Source: Candidatus Lustribacter sp.
Lineage (GTDB): Bacteria; Vulcanimicrobiota; Vulcanimicrobiia; Vulcanimicrobiales; Vulcanimicrobiaceae
Reading direction: 5' to 3'
Length of the DNA stretch: 64,000 nucleotides
Assembly (NCBI GenBank): GCA_965277805.1
Contig: OZ255842.1
Span: 2,240,001 to 2,304,000, forward strand
The notes under the pieces were generated by a model. The model worked only from the letters and a program-made list of their open reading frames with translations, searched no databases and was not told the DNA's origin. The translations under genes were made by a program, and so were the position numbers. Shown here piece after piece: positions 10,610 through 20,084 of this stretch (positions within the stretch are counted from its first letter, which is position 1; every line of letters begins with the position of its first letter).

Positions 10610-11924
10610 GCTTCGACCGGTAGTCTTCCATCGGCGAGCGCTGCTGATACTTCTTCCAGACCTCGAGCGAAAACGCACGCAACGCAGCCGGATCGTCGGC
10701 GTCGATGCCGGCCTCCGAGACGGGCACGATGTAGTCGTTGGCATAGGTCGGCGGCACGTCGGCCTGATTGAGATAGAACCCGTGCGGGGGATTCTCGCCG
10801 GCGGCCACCGCCTCGATCCCGCGGCGGATCATCTTGCGGAACATCGTCACACCGCGATCCAACGTCCCTAGCTGCTCCAGTGAATGCACGGAAATAGCGC
10901 CTTGGCTCTCCTGCGCGTCAACGTCGCCGGGGATCCACTGGCGCTCTTCGTAGGAGCGGTCGTTGTGAAATTGGCCGAATTTTTCCAACGGCTCCCGCTG
11001 TTCGGGAGACATGCCGCCGTCGAGGTAATGACTGAGGTAAAACTGGATGCTGTGCTCTGAGTCGACCGGTAAGGTCCAGAGCGTGAGGAACGGCGCACTC
11101 GAATATTTCGCCACGCGGCCGCTCTCGACGACCGAACTGATCGTGTGCACGTTCGGATAGACGATTTCCGCCGACCGCACCCACACCATGTCGTCCACTT
11201 TGCGCGTGCCGAGATAGATGCAGCCGTTCGGCGTTTCCACCCACGTCAATTCGGGCGACACGCCGAACTCGCCGGCGAAGGTATCCTTCGTGACGCCGCG
11301 CATCAGCGGGATCATGTGCAGCGTCGCCGTGTGATGCGGATCCACGGCGTTTTCTTTCATCTGCAGCCAGTTGCACTCGAGCGGAAATCGCATACCGGGA
11401 ACGTCGCGCACGTTCGAGAGCCCGAACCGATCGAGAATCGGGAACACGGGAATGTTATCGGGCGGCCCCATGTAGATGAAAACGATCCCGCAGTAGATCT
11501 CGACCGGATAGCCGCCTTGATTGACTTGTTGCATGATCCGCGCGGCATTCGGATCGCCCGGAACGTCGATGCACGCACCGTCAACCGCGTACTCCCGGCC
11601 GTGGTAGCAGCAACGGATGCCGTCGTCGGTCAGGATGCCGAATTCGAGCGAGCTATTGCGGTGGCAGCATTGCAAGTGCAGGCAGCCGGCCTCGCCTTTG
11701 AGATTCTTGAAAACGATGAGATCTTCGCCGAGCGCACGCACGCGCAAGGGCACCTTACCGAGTTCGCGCTCGTAAGCGACGGGCTGCCAGAAGCGGCGAT
11801 GGAAATCTCCGCCCGGCGTCCCGCGCTCGACCGCGGTCAAAAAGCGATCGGGTTCTCCGTTGAGATTCCGGTAAAACCCCTTGAAGGCGGCACGCTTGGC
11901 CGGACGCTCGTTGGTAATCGACAT
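10602..11924 (-). CDS. Rieske non-heme iron oxygenase (LigXa/phthalate 4,5-dioxygenase-like) #1
   Basis: GTPGG..HRRFWQP, CCHR...CCYHG, ENAVDPHHTATLH, LGTLDRGV; start at MSITNER inferred. Confidence 0.9.
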   Translation of the reverse strand: MSITNERPAKRAAFKGFYRNLNGEPDRFLTAVERGTPGGDFHRRFWQPVAYERELGKVPLRVRALGEDLIVFKNLKGEAGCLHLQCCHRNSSLEFGILTDDGIRCCYHGREYAVDGACIDVPGDPNAARIMQQVNQGGYPVEIYCGIVFIYMGPPDNIPVFPILDRFGLSNVRDVPGMRFPLECNWLQMKENAVDPHHTATLHMIPLMRGVTKDTFAGEFGVSPELTWVETPNGCIYLGTRKVDDMVWVRSAEIVYPNVHTISSVVESGRVAKYSSAPFLTLWTLPVDSEHSIQFYLSHYLDGGMSPEQREPLEKFGQFHNDRSYEERQWIPGDVDAQESQGAISVHSLEQLGTLDRGVTMFRKMIRRGIEAVAAGENPPHGFYLNQADVPPTYANDYIVPVSEAGIDADDPAALRAFSLEVWKKYQQRSPMEDYRSKLG

Positions 11925-12126
11925 CTCAGGCTCCCCAGCCACGGGCAGATCGTTGCAGCTGAAATGAATTCGCTTGCAACGATTTCTCCGTCCCGAATGC
12001 AGGACCTCCGAGGGCTTGCTTCTCCAGGTTTGCTTCGAGCGATCCGCCGATCGCACCGGCAATCACCTGGGCGAAACTGCGGGCGCTCTCCGAAGGCGCA
12101 GCGCTCGCCTCACATCGCCTCTGGCA

Positions 12127-13137
12127 CTAGCGCACGTGGGCATCGATCCAGTGCTGGATCAGGTCGGCGATCGCTTCGTTATTCTTTTCGATGGCCATCG
12201 TGTGGCCGTTGCCGTGCAGGCCGACATCGGGTAGGAACACCGACGTCGCATCGCCGCCGAGCGCGGTGAGGCTTTGCGTGAATTTGCGGCCGTCGCCCGG
12301 ATCGAGATTGTCACCCATGATGCCGAGGAACGGCACTTTGGCCATCTCGGCGAGCACCGGATTGTTGCCGTCGGCGCCGGGGAAAACTTCCAACCCGATC
12401 ACGCCCTTCACCACGCCCGGACGTTTGCTCGCGGCGACCATCACGTTCCCGGTTCCCGTCGACCAGCCGAGCAAAATGCACGCGCCGAGTTTGTCGACGA
12501 GCGCCTCGAGCGCGCGATGGATCAGCGGGTTTTGCGCGGCGTCGCGATACGCCGCCTGAATTTGTTTGAGGTAGTCATCGAGGTGGTCGAACGGAAACTG
12601 CGCGTTCGGATAGGGCGTGCCGTACGTTGGTCCCCAGCGAAACGCAAGCCATGCCGACTGCGCGGAGTAAATGTTGGCCGCCTCGAGTTTTGAAGGCGGC
12701 TCCAGACCCGCAGTCACGGCGAGGCGGTTCGTCGGATCCCACCCGGCGCGCCCGCGATTGGGTGCATCGACCGCGTACACGGCAAAGCCGCGGCGCGTGA
12801 AACTGGTGAACCAGCCTTCGCGGCCGTCGGGCGTGGTGCGATAGAAATTCCCCGTATGCCCGCCGCCGTGCAAAAAAACCAACGGATATTTGTACTTCCG
12901 CGCAACGGGAATCTGGTACTCGACGTACATCTGACCGGTTTCGATGTCGCCCGGCAGCGAGCGGACATCGCCCGGTCCGAGACTGGAACCCGGCGTGCGA
13001 AATTGCCGATCGCCGCTCACGTAGAACGTTCCCTGCTCTTGCAGTTCGAGCGTGCCACGTGCGGGTGCGGCTGCAACGCTGGATGTTGCCGCAACCGTCG
13101 CGGCGATACCCGACCCGATGAGCGAACGTCTTTTCAT
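12127..13137 (-). CDS. secreted (Tat-like signal) alpha/beta hydrolase/esterase
   Basis: KRRSLI signal, QMYVEY, HGGG, TTPDGREGW, GWSTG, GNGHTM. Confidence 0.85.
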   Translation of the reverse strand: MKRRSLIGSGIAATVAATSSVAAAPARGTLELQEQGTFYVSGDRQFRTPGSSLGPGDVRSLPGDIETGQMYVEYQIPVARKYKYPLVFLHGGGHTGNFYRTTPDGREGWFTSFTRRGFAVYAVDAPNRGRAGWDPTNRLAVTAGLEPPSKLEAANIYSAQSAWLAFRWGPTYGTPYPNAQFPFDHLDDYLKQIQAAYRDAAQNPLIHRALEALVDKLGACILLGWSTGTGNVMVAASKRPGVVKGVIGLEVFPGADGNNPVLAEMAKVPFLGIMGDNLDPGDGRKFTQSLTALGGDATSVFLPDVGLHGNGHTMAIEKNNEAIADLIQHWIDAHVR

Positions 13138-13174
13138 AATGCGACCTTTCCAGTGCCGATCCGGGGCCCCTCGC

Positions 13175-14014
13175 TTACGACGGATGACGGATCTTCGGAT
13201 AATGTTTAAGCGATAGGTCGATGCATTTGGAAGCCGGCGTTCGGCCCGTAAACCGCGCTCCGTTTATCGGCGCGAGGGTGCCCTCACCGGCGAACGTGCC
13301 CGGGGTCGTCTCAACCCATTGCAACCCCCGCCCGCGGTACATGCATGTAAAGACGTACGACTTGGGCCGCGCGTCGTCATCGCTCTTAACCATCACGTGA
13401 CTCAGCGTCCCACTGATGCGGTCGCCATATCGCTGGACCTCGTCGCCGAGCTGAAAATAGAGCGGGAGACGAAAATCAAAGAAATCGCTCGTTTTCGCGA
13501 CGCAGACGGTCCGATGATCGACGGACATCGTTAGGCTCGGACCGCTGACCGCAATCCCGAATGTGTGGGGGAGCCGATCGTCGAGAAAGATCGATGAATC
13601 AGCGTAGATCAGCTTGCCATCACGCCCGGCCCACGTAAACGCCACCTCCTGCCGGTAATTAAAGCGGGACCACCGCAATAGATTGATTTGCACGAAAGGG
13701 AGCAGAAACTGTTGTGACGCTTTGCCGCGCGGAATGAGGATGATCCAGTCAGCGTAAAAGACGCCCCGGTTCCGGGCGATTTTCGGCAGCGTTAGGGCGG
13801 CGGAAATTGAAAAGTTGCGCCGAAAATTGCCGTACGCATAGAGGACGCTTGCTCCGTTGACGTCGGCCGAGTCGTGAGCATGCGGTGCCGCCGGCGGCAA
13901 TTCTGCACTGCAATGCATGATACTCGCATAGGATCTTGCCGCAGCGTTTGCCTGACAGCCGGCAACGAGCATAAAGAGTACACATACTCGAACGAAGTTT
14001 ATTCGCGCGCTCAT
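13175..14014 (-). CDS. hypothetical protein, probable lipoprotein
   Basis: ATG overlaps the GNAT stop (ATGA); hydrophobic stretch ending in lipobox LVAGC; fills the intergenic gap; no family recognised. Confidence 0.6.
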   Translation of the reverse strand: MSARINFVRVCVLFMLVAGCQANAAARSYASIMHCSAELPPAAPHAHDSADVNGASVLYAYGNFRRNFSISAALTLPKIARNRGVFYADWIILIPRGKASQQFLLPFVQINLLRWSRFNYRQEVAFTWAGRDGKLIYADSSIFLDDRLPHTFGIAVSGPSLTMSVDHRTVCVAKTSDFFDFRLPLYFQLGDEVQRYGDRISGTLSHVMVKSDDDARPKSYVFTCMYRGRGLQWVETTPGTFAGEGTLAPINGARFTGRTPASKCIDLSLKHYPKIRHPS

Positions 14015-14613
14015 TCGGGGTGGTGCCATCGGCGTCCGGCGTCCGGTGAGTCGAGCGAAGAAAATGGGATCGGCTCGCTCGGTGCATCGGCGGCGCCTTC
14101 GCCGCCCAGTTGAAGACCGTACCACGCGACGTCGTGCCACGCTCCGAGCTTCCAGCCGACGCGCTGATAGGTGCCGACCAGCTCGAAGCCGGCGGCGCGA
14201 TGGAGCGCTATGCTCGCATCATTCGGAAGCGCGATGCCGGCGTAGGCGTTGCGAAAGCCCTGCTCGCGAAGTATCTGAAAGAGACGTTCGTACAACCGCC
14301 GGCCCACGCCCCGTCCGCGAAAGCGCTCGTGCACGTATGCGGAGACGTCGACCGACCAACGGTAGGCAGCCCGGTCACGATGTTTCGACGCATACGCGTA
14401 GCCGGCGACCTCTCCGCCGCTCGCCGCCGTCAGCCACGGCGTCGACAGCAAGGTCCGAACGATGCGCTCGCGCATTTCCTCAACGGTCGGCGCTTCTTCT
14501 TCGAACGAGACGGCGGTTCGCTCCGCAAACGGGCCGTAGATTTCCGCGCATGCGGCAGCATCGTCGGGGCGAGCGATCCGGATGTCGAATTCAGACGATG
14601 CCGAGCTGCCCAA
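14011..14613 (-). CDS. GNAT N-acetyltransferase, phosphinothricin/ArsN1-like
   Basis: SFEEEAPT..EM..RI, R.AYRWSV, RGRGVGRRLY, PNDASIALH, VGWKLGAWHDV. Confidence 0.9.
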   Translation of the reverse strand: MGSSASSEFDIRIARPDDAAACAEIYGPFAERTAVSFEEEAPTVEEMRERIVRTLLSTPWLTAASGGEVAGYAYASKHRDRAAYRWSVDVSAYVHERFRGRGVGRRLYERLFQILREQGFRNAYAGIALPNDASIALHRAAGFELVGTYQRVGWKLGAWHDVAWYGLQLGGEGAADAPSEPIPFSSLDSPDAGRRWHHPE

Positions 14614-14622
14614 CCGGATCTC

Positions 14623-15321
14623 CTACGGCACGCTCATCAACGCGCCGAGATGCTGGGGCCGCGGAGCTTCTGCGGCGCGCAGCAACGCCCACAGCACGGA
14701 TTGATTGCTCGTGACGAGCGGCTTCGTCAACCCCGCTTCGATGCGATCGATCACCGAAAAGCACGAGACGTTGGCGCAGCTCAGCAGATAGCCGTCAGCG
14801 TCGGGGCGCTTTCCGGCCAAGAGCGTCTCTTCCCACACCGCCGGCGGGGTCGTGCAGTACGCATCGCTACCGGCCAAGTCCAGCGCCGTCAAGCCCGTCA
14901 CGCGATACCCCGCATCGGTGAAATACACGGCTTCATGTTCGGTTACGGCCTGTGAGTACGGGGTCACCAGCGCAAAGCTGCGCACGGAGAGGATGTCGAG
15001 CGCCTGCCGGATCGCAGTGGCCGTTGTCGTCACCGGCGCCGTCGTTACGCTCGCCATAGCCGCCAGCAGGCGCTGCTCGCCGTCATTGCCTTCGGACGTC
15101 GAGTTGGCCGTGCAGTGAAACGCGATGGCATCACAGCGGGCATCGTGGAGCGTGGCCGCGGCGCCGGCAACGGCAGGCAGCAGATCCTCGATCGGGCGTT
15201 CGAACTGTCCGGTCATTCGTAGCCGCGCGATGTGCGCGGTTACGCCGGCCGGAAGGGCACGCACCATCTCCTGTTCGACCATCCTGTTCGACGACGGGAT
15301 GATCAGCCCAATCCGTTTCAC
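14623..15321 (-). CDS. maleate cis-trans isomerase / Asp-Glu racemase family
   Basis: IGLIIPSSN, AFHCT, VTPY, LSCAN, KPLVTSNQ; two catalytic-position Cys. Confidence 0.88.
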   Translation of the reverse strand: MKRIGLIIPSSNRMVEQEMVRALPAGVTAHIARLRMTGQFERPIEDLLPAVAGAAATLHDARCDAIAFHCTANSTSEGNDGEQRLLAAMASVTTAPVTTTATAIRQALDILSVRSFALVTPYSQAVTEHEAVYFTDAGYRVTGLTALDLAGSDAYCTTPPAVWEETLLAGKRPDADGYLLSCANVSCFSVIDRIEAGLTKPLVTSNQSVLWALLRAAEAPRPQHLGALMSVP

Positions 15322-15333
15322 GCGTCGATATGC

Positions 15334-16308
15334 CTACGTTCGGGCGATCAGCGTCCGCGCATCGACCGGCTTCGTGAACATCTTGTTCTGCATCGCGATG
15401 TCTAACACGGGTTGAATGATTTCCGGCGTCATCGAGGTTGCGTACAGCGTTCGCTGCATACCGGCCGCCTTCACGGGATCGAGCTTGCCGTCGCGAACCA
15501 GAATGTTGAACGTTTCGTCGTGGTGCGTATTAGCCCAGCGCGCGTTATCGTAGATCGCGTTCACCGCGCGCCGCGCGCGGACCGGGTCGGCTTCCATCCA
15601 TGCTTGTGACGCGTACCAGACCGAAACGCAGAACTGTTTGCCTTTTGCGAGGTCGGCTGCCGCATCATATGGCGCACCGAGTGAGCGGACCTCGCCCTTC
15701 CCAAACGTGACAAACGGTTCGCTGATCAGCGCCGCGTCGACCGTCCCGCGCTGCAGCGCCGGGATGGCGAGCGTCGGCGGCATCTCGACGAAACGCACGG
15801 CGGATTCCGGCACTCCGTGGGAGGTGAGCCACGATTTCGTGCACGCCGTCGTCATCCCGACGAGCGTCGGCACGCCGATCGTCTTACCGACCAAATCCTT
15901 CACGTTGTGAAGCGGCGAATCCACAGCGACCGCCAGAAAGGCGGTGTTCGAGTCCATGGGCTCGCGGTAGAGTCCACCGCCGGCCACGAGGACGATCGGC
16001 ACGCCGGCATTGATGGCGTTGACGCCGGAAACTAAGTCGCCGGTTCCCATTTCGAGCGAGCCCCCGCCGATCGCCGCAGCGACGGCGCCGGCGTTGTATT
16101 GGCTGGTCGGTTGAACGTCGAAGCCCGCTTTTGCGAACGCACCGGAATCTTTCGCATAGAACGGTTCCGCAAAGAGGTCCGAAAAGACCCCGGCGACGCG
16201 AATAACGGTCGCCGATTGCGCCGATCCGACGCGCGGGATCGCGGTCGCGGCGAGGCCGCCTCCGATGGCCTTGAGGGCGGACGAGCGTGAGAGCACATTC
16301 TTCTGCAT
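15334..16308 (-). CDS. SsuA/NMT1-type ABC substrate-binding protein (Tat-like signal)
   Basis: LSRSSALK signal, DLVGKTIGV, FVEMP, VDAALISEPF. Confidence 0.85.
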   Translation of the reverse strand: MQKNVLSRSSALKAIGGGLAATAIPRVGSAQSATVIRVAGVFSDLFAEPFYAKDSGAFAKAGFDVQPTSQYNAGAVAAAIGGGSLEMGTGDLVSGVNAINAGVPIVLVAGGGLYREPMDSNTAFLAVAVDSPLHNVKDLVGKTIGVPTLVGMTTACTKSWLTSHGVPESAVRFVEMPPTLAIPALQRGTVDAALISEPFVTFGKGEVRSLGAPYDAAADLAKGKQFCVSVWYASQAWMEADPVRARRAVNAIYDNARWANTHHDETFNILVRDGKLDPVKAAGMQRTLYATSMTPEIIQPVLDIAMQNKMFTKPVDARTLIART

Positions 16309-16339
16309 ACTCACGCCTTGGAGAAAATCTCCAAACGTC

Positions 16340-17227
16340 CTACGTAGCCACGCCGACCGCCTCTGCGGCAATGCCGTCGAGTTCGGCCTTGATCCAGGGC
16401 GGCAACTCGATTTCCGCGACCGCGAGATTTTCGCGCAAATGCTCGAGCGACGACGTGCCCGGGATCAGTAGGATGTTCGGCGAGCGCTGCAAGAGCCACG
16501 CCAGCGCCGTTTGCATGACCGTCGCGCCGAGCTGCGCGGCAGCGTTTGAAAGCGTGGCCGACTGCAGCGGCGTGAATCCGCCAAGCGGAAAGAACGGAAC
16601 GTAGGGAATCCCGTCGGCTGCTAGCGCGTCGATCAAGGCGTCGTCTTCACGGTGCGCGACGTTATAGTGATTCTGCACGCAGACGATTTCGGTAATGCGG
16701 CGACCCTCCGCAACCTGCGTGGGGGTTACGTTGCTCAAACCGATGTGCTTGATCAAGCCCGCTTGCTGCAACTCGGCGAGGATGGTGAGTCCCGCCTCGA
16801 TCGAACCCTCGCTCGGGCCGTGTCCGTCACCCATGATGCGCAGGTTGGCAATTTCGATCGCGTCGAGACCCAGATTGCGCATGTTGTCGAGAGTCGCTTG
16901 CTTGAGCTCGGCCGGCGACATCGCCGGATTCCACGACGCATTCGCACCGCGCAATGCGCCGAGCTTCGTCACGATCACGAGATCGTCGGGGTACGGATGC
17001 AGCGCCTCGCGGATAATTTGGTTGGTAATGTGCGGGCCGTAGTAGTCGCTGGTGTCGATATGGTTGACGCCGTTTGCGACCGCCTCGCGTAACACATCGA
17101 TTGCGGCCTTGCGATCGTTCGGCGGTCCGAACACGCCGGGACCGGCAAGCTGCATCGCGCCGTAGCCCAATCGTGTGACCGATCGGTCGCCGAGCTTGTA
17201 TGACCCGGCGTTCTGGAGATTACTCAT
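16340..17227 (-). CDS. aldo/keto reductase (YdbC-like)
   Basis: RLGYGAMQL, IDTSDYYG, IGLSNV, VQNHYN, IPGTSS..HLREN. Confidence 0.93.
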   Translation of the reverse strand: MSNLQNAGSYKLGDRSVTRLGYGAMQLAGPGVFGPPNDRKAAIDVLREAVANGVNHIDTSDYYGPHITNQIIREALHPYPDDLVIVTKLGALRGANASWNPAMSPAELKQATLDNMRNLGLDAIEIANLRIMGDGHGPSEGSIEAGLTILAELQQAGLIKHIGLSNVTPTQVAEGRRITEIVCVQNHYNVAHREDDALIDALAADGIPYVPFFPLGGFTPLQSATLSNAAAQLGATVMQTALAWLLQRSPNILLIPGTSSLEHLRENLAVAEIELPPWIKAELDGIAAEAVGVAT

Positions 17228-17233
17228 GCCTAC

Positions 17234-17239
17234 AGTATA
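17234..17239 (-). promoter_or_regulatory. -10 box TATACT 6 nt upstream of the AKR ATG (probable leaderless transcript)
   Basis: Minus strand reads TATACT-GTAGGC-ATG; no SD sequence. Confidence 0.5.
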
Positions 17240-17300
17240 CCCGGGTCGCATCCATCGCTGGAACGGGTTTTCCGGCTCGGGCTAGCCAATCTGGAATTTC

Positions 17301-18110
17301 ATGCCGGCTAAGATCAACCACCTCGCCATCGTGAGCGAAAAGTACGCGATCGCTGGGAAGTTCTACGAGGCGATGTTCGGGATGCGCACCTCGCCGAACG
17401 CCCGCCCTGCCCGCGCGGTGACGGTCGGCGACGGCTACGTCGGATTGAACATCAACCCGCGCTTCATCGGCCGCCCGGCGCGCTTCGATCACTTCGGCGT
17501 GGAAGTCGACGACGCGGAAGGCACGTTCGATCACATCGGCCGCACCTATCCGACCGTAAAATGGCTCAAGCGTCCGACAAATCGGCCGTTCGCCGGCGTG
17601 ACCACCCACGATCCAGACGGCAACGTGTTCGATATTTCGCAGAAGGCGATGGAAAACCGCACCGATATTTACGCCGACAATAACGCGTTGAACGAGCGGC
17701 ACGTGCGGCACTTCGGCTTCCGCACGCTCAACCCCGAAGCGATGGCCGGCTTCTACACCGACGTTTTCAAGTTCAAGCGCATCGACGCGGCGCTCGGCGA
17801 TGCGAACCGGTATCTCACCGATGGGCACATCACGATGGTCGTGATGCCGTGGGCAATCACCGATTACGACGGCACCGGTATCGTGTCGCCGTCCATGGAC
17901 CACATCGGCTTCCGCGTTGAGAATCTCGAAACGTTCAAAGCGGACGTCGACCGCGTCGGCGGCTCGAATCCGTATCTCGCACCCTCGCTGTTGCAAGGCG
18001 GCCCCGAAGACCGGGCGCGCATGGAGTTGGCGCGGCGCAGCTGCCCGCTCTGCGAGCACTACTTGGTCGACGTCGACGGCGTGCTGATCTCGGCGTCGGA
18101 GAGCGCCTAA
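17301..18110 (+). CDS. two-domain VOC/glyoxalase-superfamily protein
   Basis: INHLAI, FYEAMFGM, DHFGVEV, DPDGN.FD, RHFGF, DHIGF. Confidence 0.85.
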   Translation: MPAKINHLAIVSEKYAIAGKFYEAMFGMRTSPNARPARAVTVGDGYVGLNINPRFIGRPARFDHFGVEVDDAEGTFDHIGRTYPTVKWLKRPTNRPFAGVTTHDPDGNVFDISQKAMENRTDIYADNNALNERHVRHFGFRTLNPEAMAGFYTDVFKFKRIDAALGDANRYLTDGHITMVVMPWAITDYDGTGIVSPSMDHIGFRVENLETFKADVDRVGGSNPYLAPSLLQGGPEDRARMELARRSCPLCEHYLVDVDGVLISASESA

Positions 18111-18113
18111 AGC

Positions 18114-19055
18114 ATGCGCGGCCCATCGCGTGCCGCATTGATCCGCGACCTCGCGGGACTTGCGGCCGTAGCCGCGGCAGGCGCTCCACGCCTTGCGCAA
18201 GCCGCCGGCCCGATTCGCTTTCTCACGGTCGGCAGCGAGTCGGGCGCTGCGGCCGTGTACGCATCCGAGGAGAATTTCTTCAAGGGCGCCGGTGCCGATG
18301 TCAACGTGTCGATCATGGCGAGCGGCGGCAGCGTGATCCCGGCCGTCATCGGCGGCAGCGCGGAGTTCGGCGTGTCGAATCCGATTTCGCTCGCGACCGC
18401 CTTTTCGCACGGCGCTCCGATCGTCTGCTTCGCTGCCACCGTGTACTATCGCACGAGCGCGCCGAACTCGCTGCTGATGGTTGCCAAAGACTCGCCGGTG
18501 CAAAATGCCCGCGACCTAAACGGGAAGACGATCGCCGTCAACGGGTTGCGCAATACGCCGGAATTATCGACGCAAGTGTGGCTCGACAAAAACGGGGCCG
18601 ACTCGAAGAGCGTCAAGTTCACCGAAGTGCCCTTTCCGGAGATGGGCCTGGCGCTGACGAGCGGCCGCGTCGATGCGGCCTTCTTCTCCGAGCCGGCGCT
18701 CAGCCTCGTGCGGAGCAATCTGCGCGTGCTCGGCGACCCCTACGGCGCGATCGCCTCGCAATTCATCACCGGATCGTATTTCACCACGCGCGCGTATGCT
18801 GCCGCGCAACCAAGCGTGGTGGCGAACGTGGGGCGCGCGCTGCGGCAAGCGGCGACCTGGGCGAACGGACATCCGAACGATACCGCCGCGATCCTGGCCC
18901 GCATCCAAAAGCTCGACATCGATCGCGTCAAAACGATGGCTCGCTCGATCTATGCAGAGCAGCTGAGCCCCAACGACTTGCAGCCGGTGTTCGACGTCGC
19001 ATTCAAGTACGGTTACCTGCCCGCGGAAATCAACGCAAAAGCGCTGATTCTCTAG
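18114..19055 (+). CDS. SsuA/NMT1-type ABC substrate-binding protein
   Basis: PSRAALI signal, DLNGKTIAV, WLDKNGAD, EVPFPEM, RVDAA..EP. Confidence 0.87.
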   Translation: MRGPSRAALIRDLAGLAAVAAAGAPRLAQAAGPIRFLTVGSESGAAAVYASEENFFKGAGADVNVSIMASGGSVIPAVIGGSAEFGVSNPISLATAFSHGAPIVCFAATVYYRTSAPNSLLMVAKDSPVQNARDLNGKTIAVNGLRNTPELSTQVWLDKNGADSKSVKFTEVPFPEMGLALTSGRVDAAFFSEPALSLVRSNLRVLGDPYGAIASQFITGSYFTTRAYAAAQPSVVANVGRALRQAATWANGHPNDTAAILARIQKLDIDRVKTMARSIYAEQLSPNDLQPVFDVAFKYGYLPAEINAKALIL

Positions 19056-19100
19056 ACGAAAGAGGGTGGAGTCCGTGCGGCCTGCAAGACCACGGGCGCG

Positions 19101-20066
19101 ATGGAAAACGCCAGTCTAGACGTTGTTGGAATCGGTAACGCGATCGTCGATGTGATCGCGACGGCCGAGGAGGCCTTTCTCGAATATCATGGGATGACCA
19201 AAGGCTCGATGACGCTCATCGACGAGGAACGGGCCGAGCTCATCTATGGTGCGATGGGGCCGGGCGCCGTCTCCTCCGGCGGATCGGCCGGCAACACCGT
19301 CGCATGGATCGCCGAAATGGGCGGTGCCGCCGGTTACATCGGCAAAGTTCGCGATGACGAATTGGGACGTGCGTTCCGCAGCGACATCACGCAGACGGGC
19401 GCCGTTTTCCGCAGCGCTCCCGCGACGGACGGTCCGTCCACCGCACGGTGTTTGATCCTGGTCACGCCCGACTCGCAACGCACCATGAATACGTTCCTCG
19501 GCGCCTGCGTCAATCTCACGATCGCCGACATCGACGCCGACCTGATTCAAAACGCCCATGTCACGCATCTCGAGGGCTACCTCTACGATGAGCCGCATTG
19601 TAAGGAAGCGTTTCATGCCGCCGCCGAGATCGCTCACGCAGCCGGCCGCAAAGTCAGCCTTTCGCTATCCGACCAGTTCTGCGTCGACCGGCACCATTCG
19701 GACTTCTTCCGCCTCGTCGATCACCACGTCGACATCCTCATTGCGAACCGCGCGGAAATCCAAGCTCTCTTCAAAACGTCGACCGTCGACGATGCCGTGC
19801 AGAAAGTGCGCTCGATGACGGAGCTCGCTGCCATAACGCTCGATAAGGACGGCTCTCTCATCGTGACGCGCGATGCCGTGATCGAAATCAAGCCCGTACC
19901 GGCGAACGTCATCGATACGACCGGCGCCGGCGATGCATATGCTGCCGGATTCCTGTATGGCTTAACCCACGGCCGTCCGTTACAAGAGTGCGGCGATATC
20001 GCTAGCGCCGCTGCCGGCGAGGTGATCAGCCACGTCGGCGCCCGCCGGCAGAAGACGCAAAAGTAA
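19101..20066 (+). CDS. PfkB-family sugar/nucleoside kinase (adenosine kinase-like)
   Basis: GNAIVD, SGGSAGNT, RTMNTFLGA, DTTGAGDAYAAGFL. Confidence 0.93.
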   Translation: MENASLDVVGIGNAIVDVIATAEEAFLEYHGMTKGSMTLIDEERAELIYGAMGPGAVSSGGSAGNTVAWIAEMGGAAGYIGKVRDDELGRAFRSDITQTGAVFRSAPATDGPSTARCLILVTPDSQRTMNTFLGACVNLTIADIDADLIQNAHVTHLEGYLYDEPHCKEAFHAAAEIAHAAGRKVSLSLSDQFCVDRHHSDFFRLVDHHVDILIANRAEIQALFKTSTVDDAVQKVRSMTELAAITLDKDGSLIVTRDAVIEIKPVPANVIDTTGAGDAYAAGFLYGLTHGRPLQECGDIASAAAGEVISHVGARRQKTQK

Positions 20067-20084
20067 CCCTCGAAGGGATCTCAC

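Noticed and set aside
14011-14613. Antibiotic/herbicide resistance island around the GNAT gene
   Set aside because: The family is widespread; no ars genes, mobile element or biosynthetic cluster is adjacent
17286-17302. CCAATCTGGAATTTCAT as a weak operator copy before the VOC gene
   Set aside because: Only the right half matches; insufficient support
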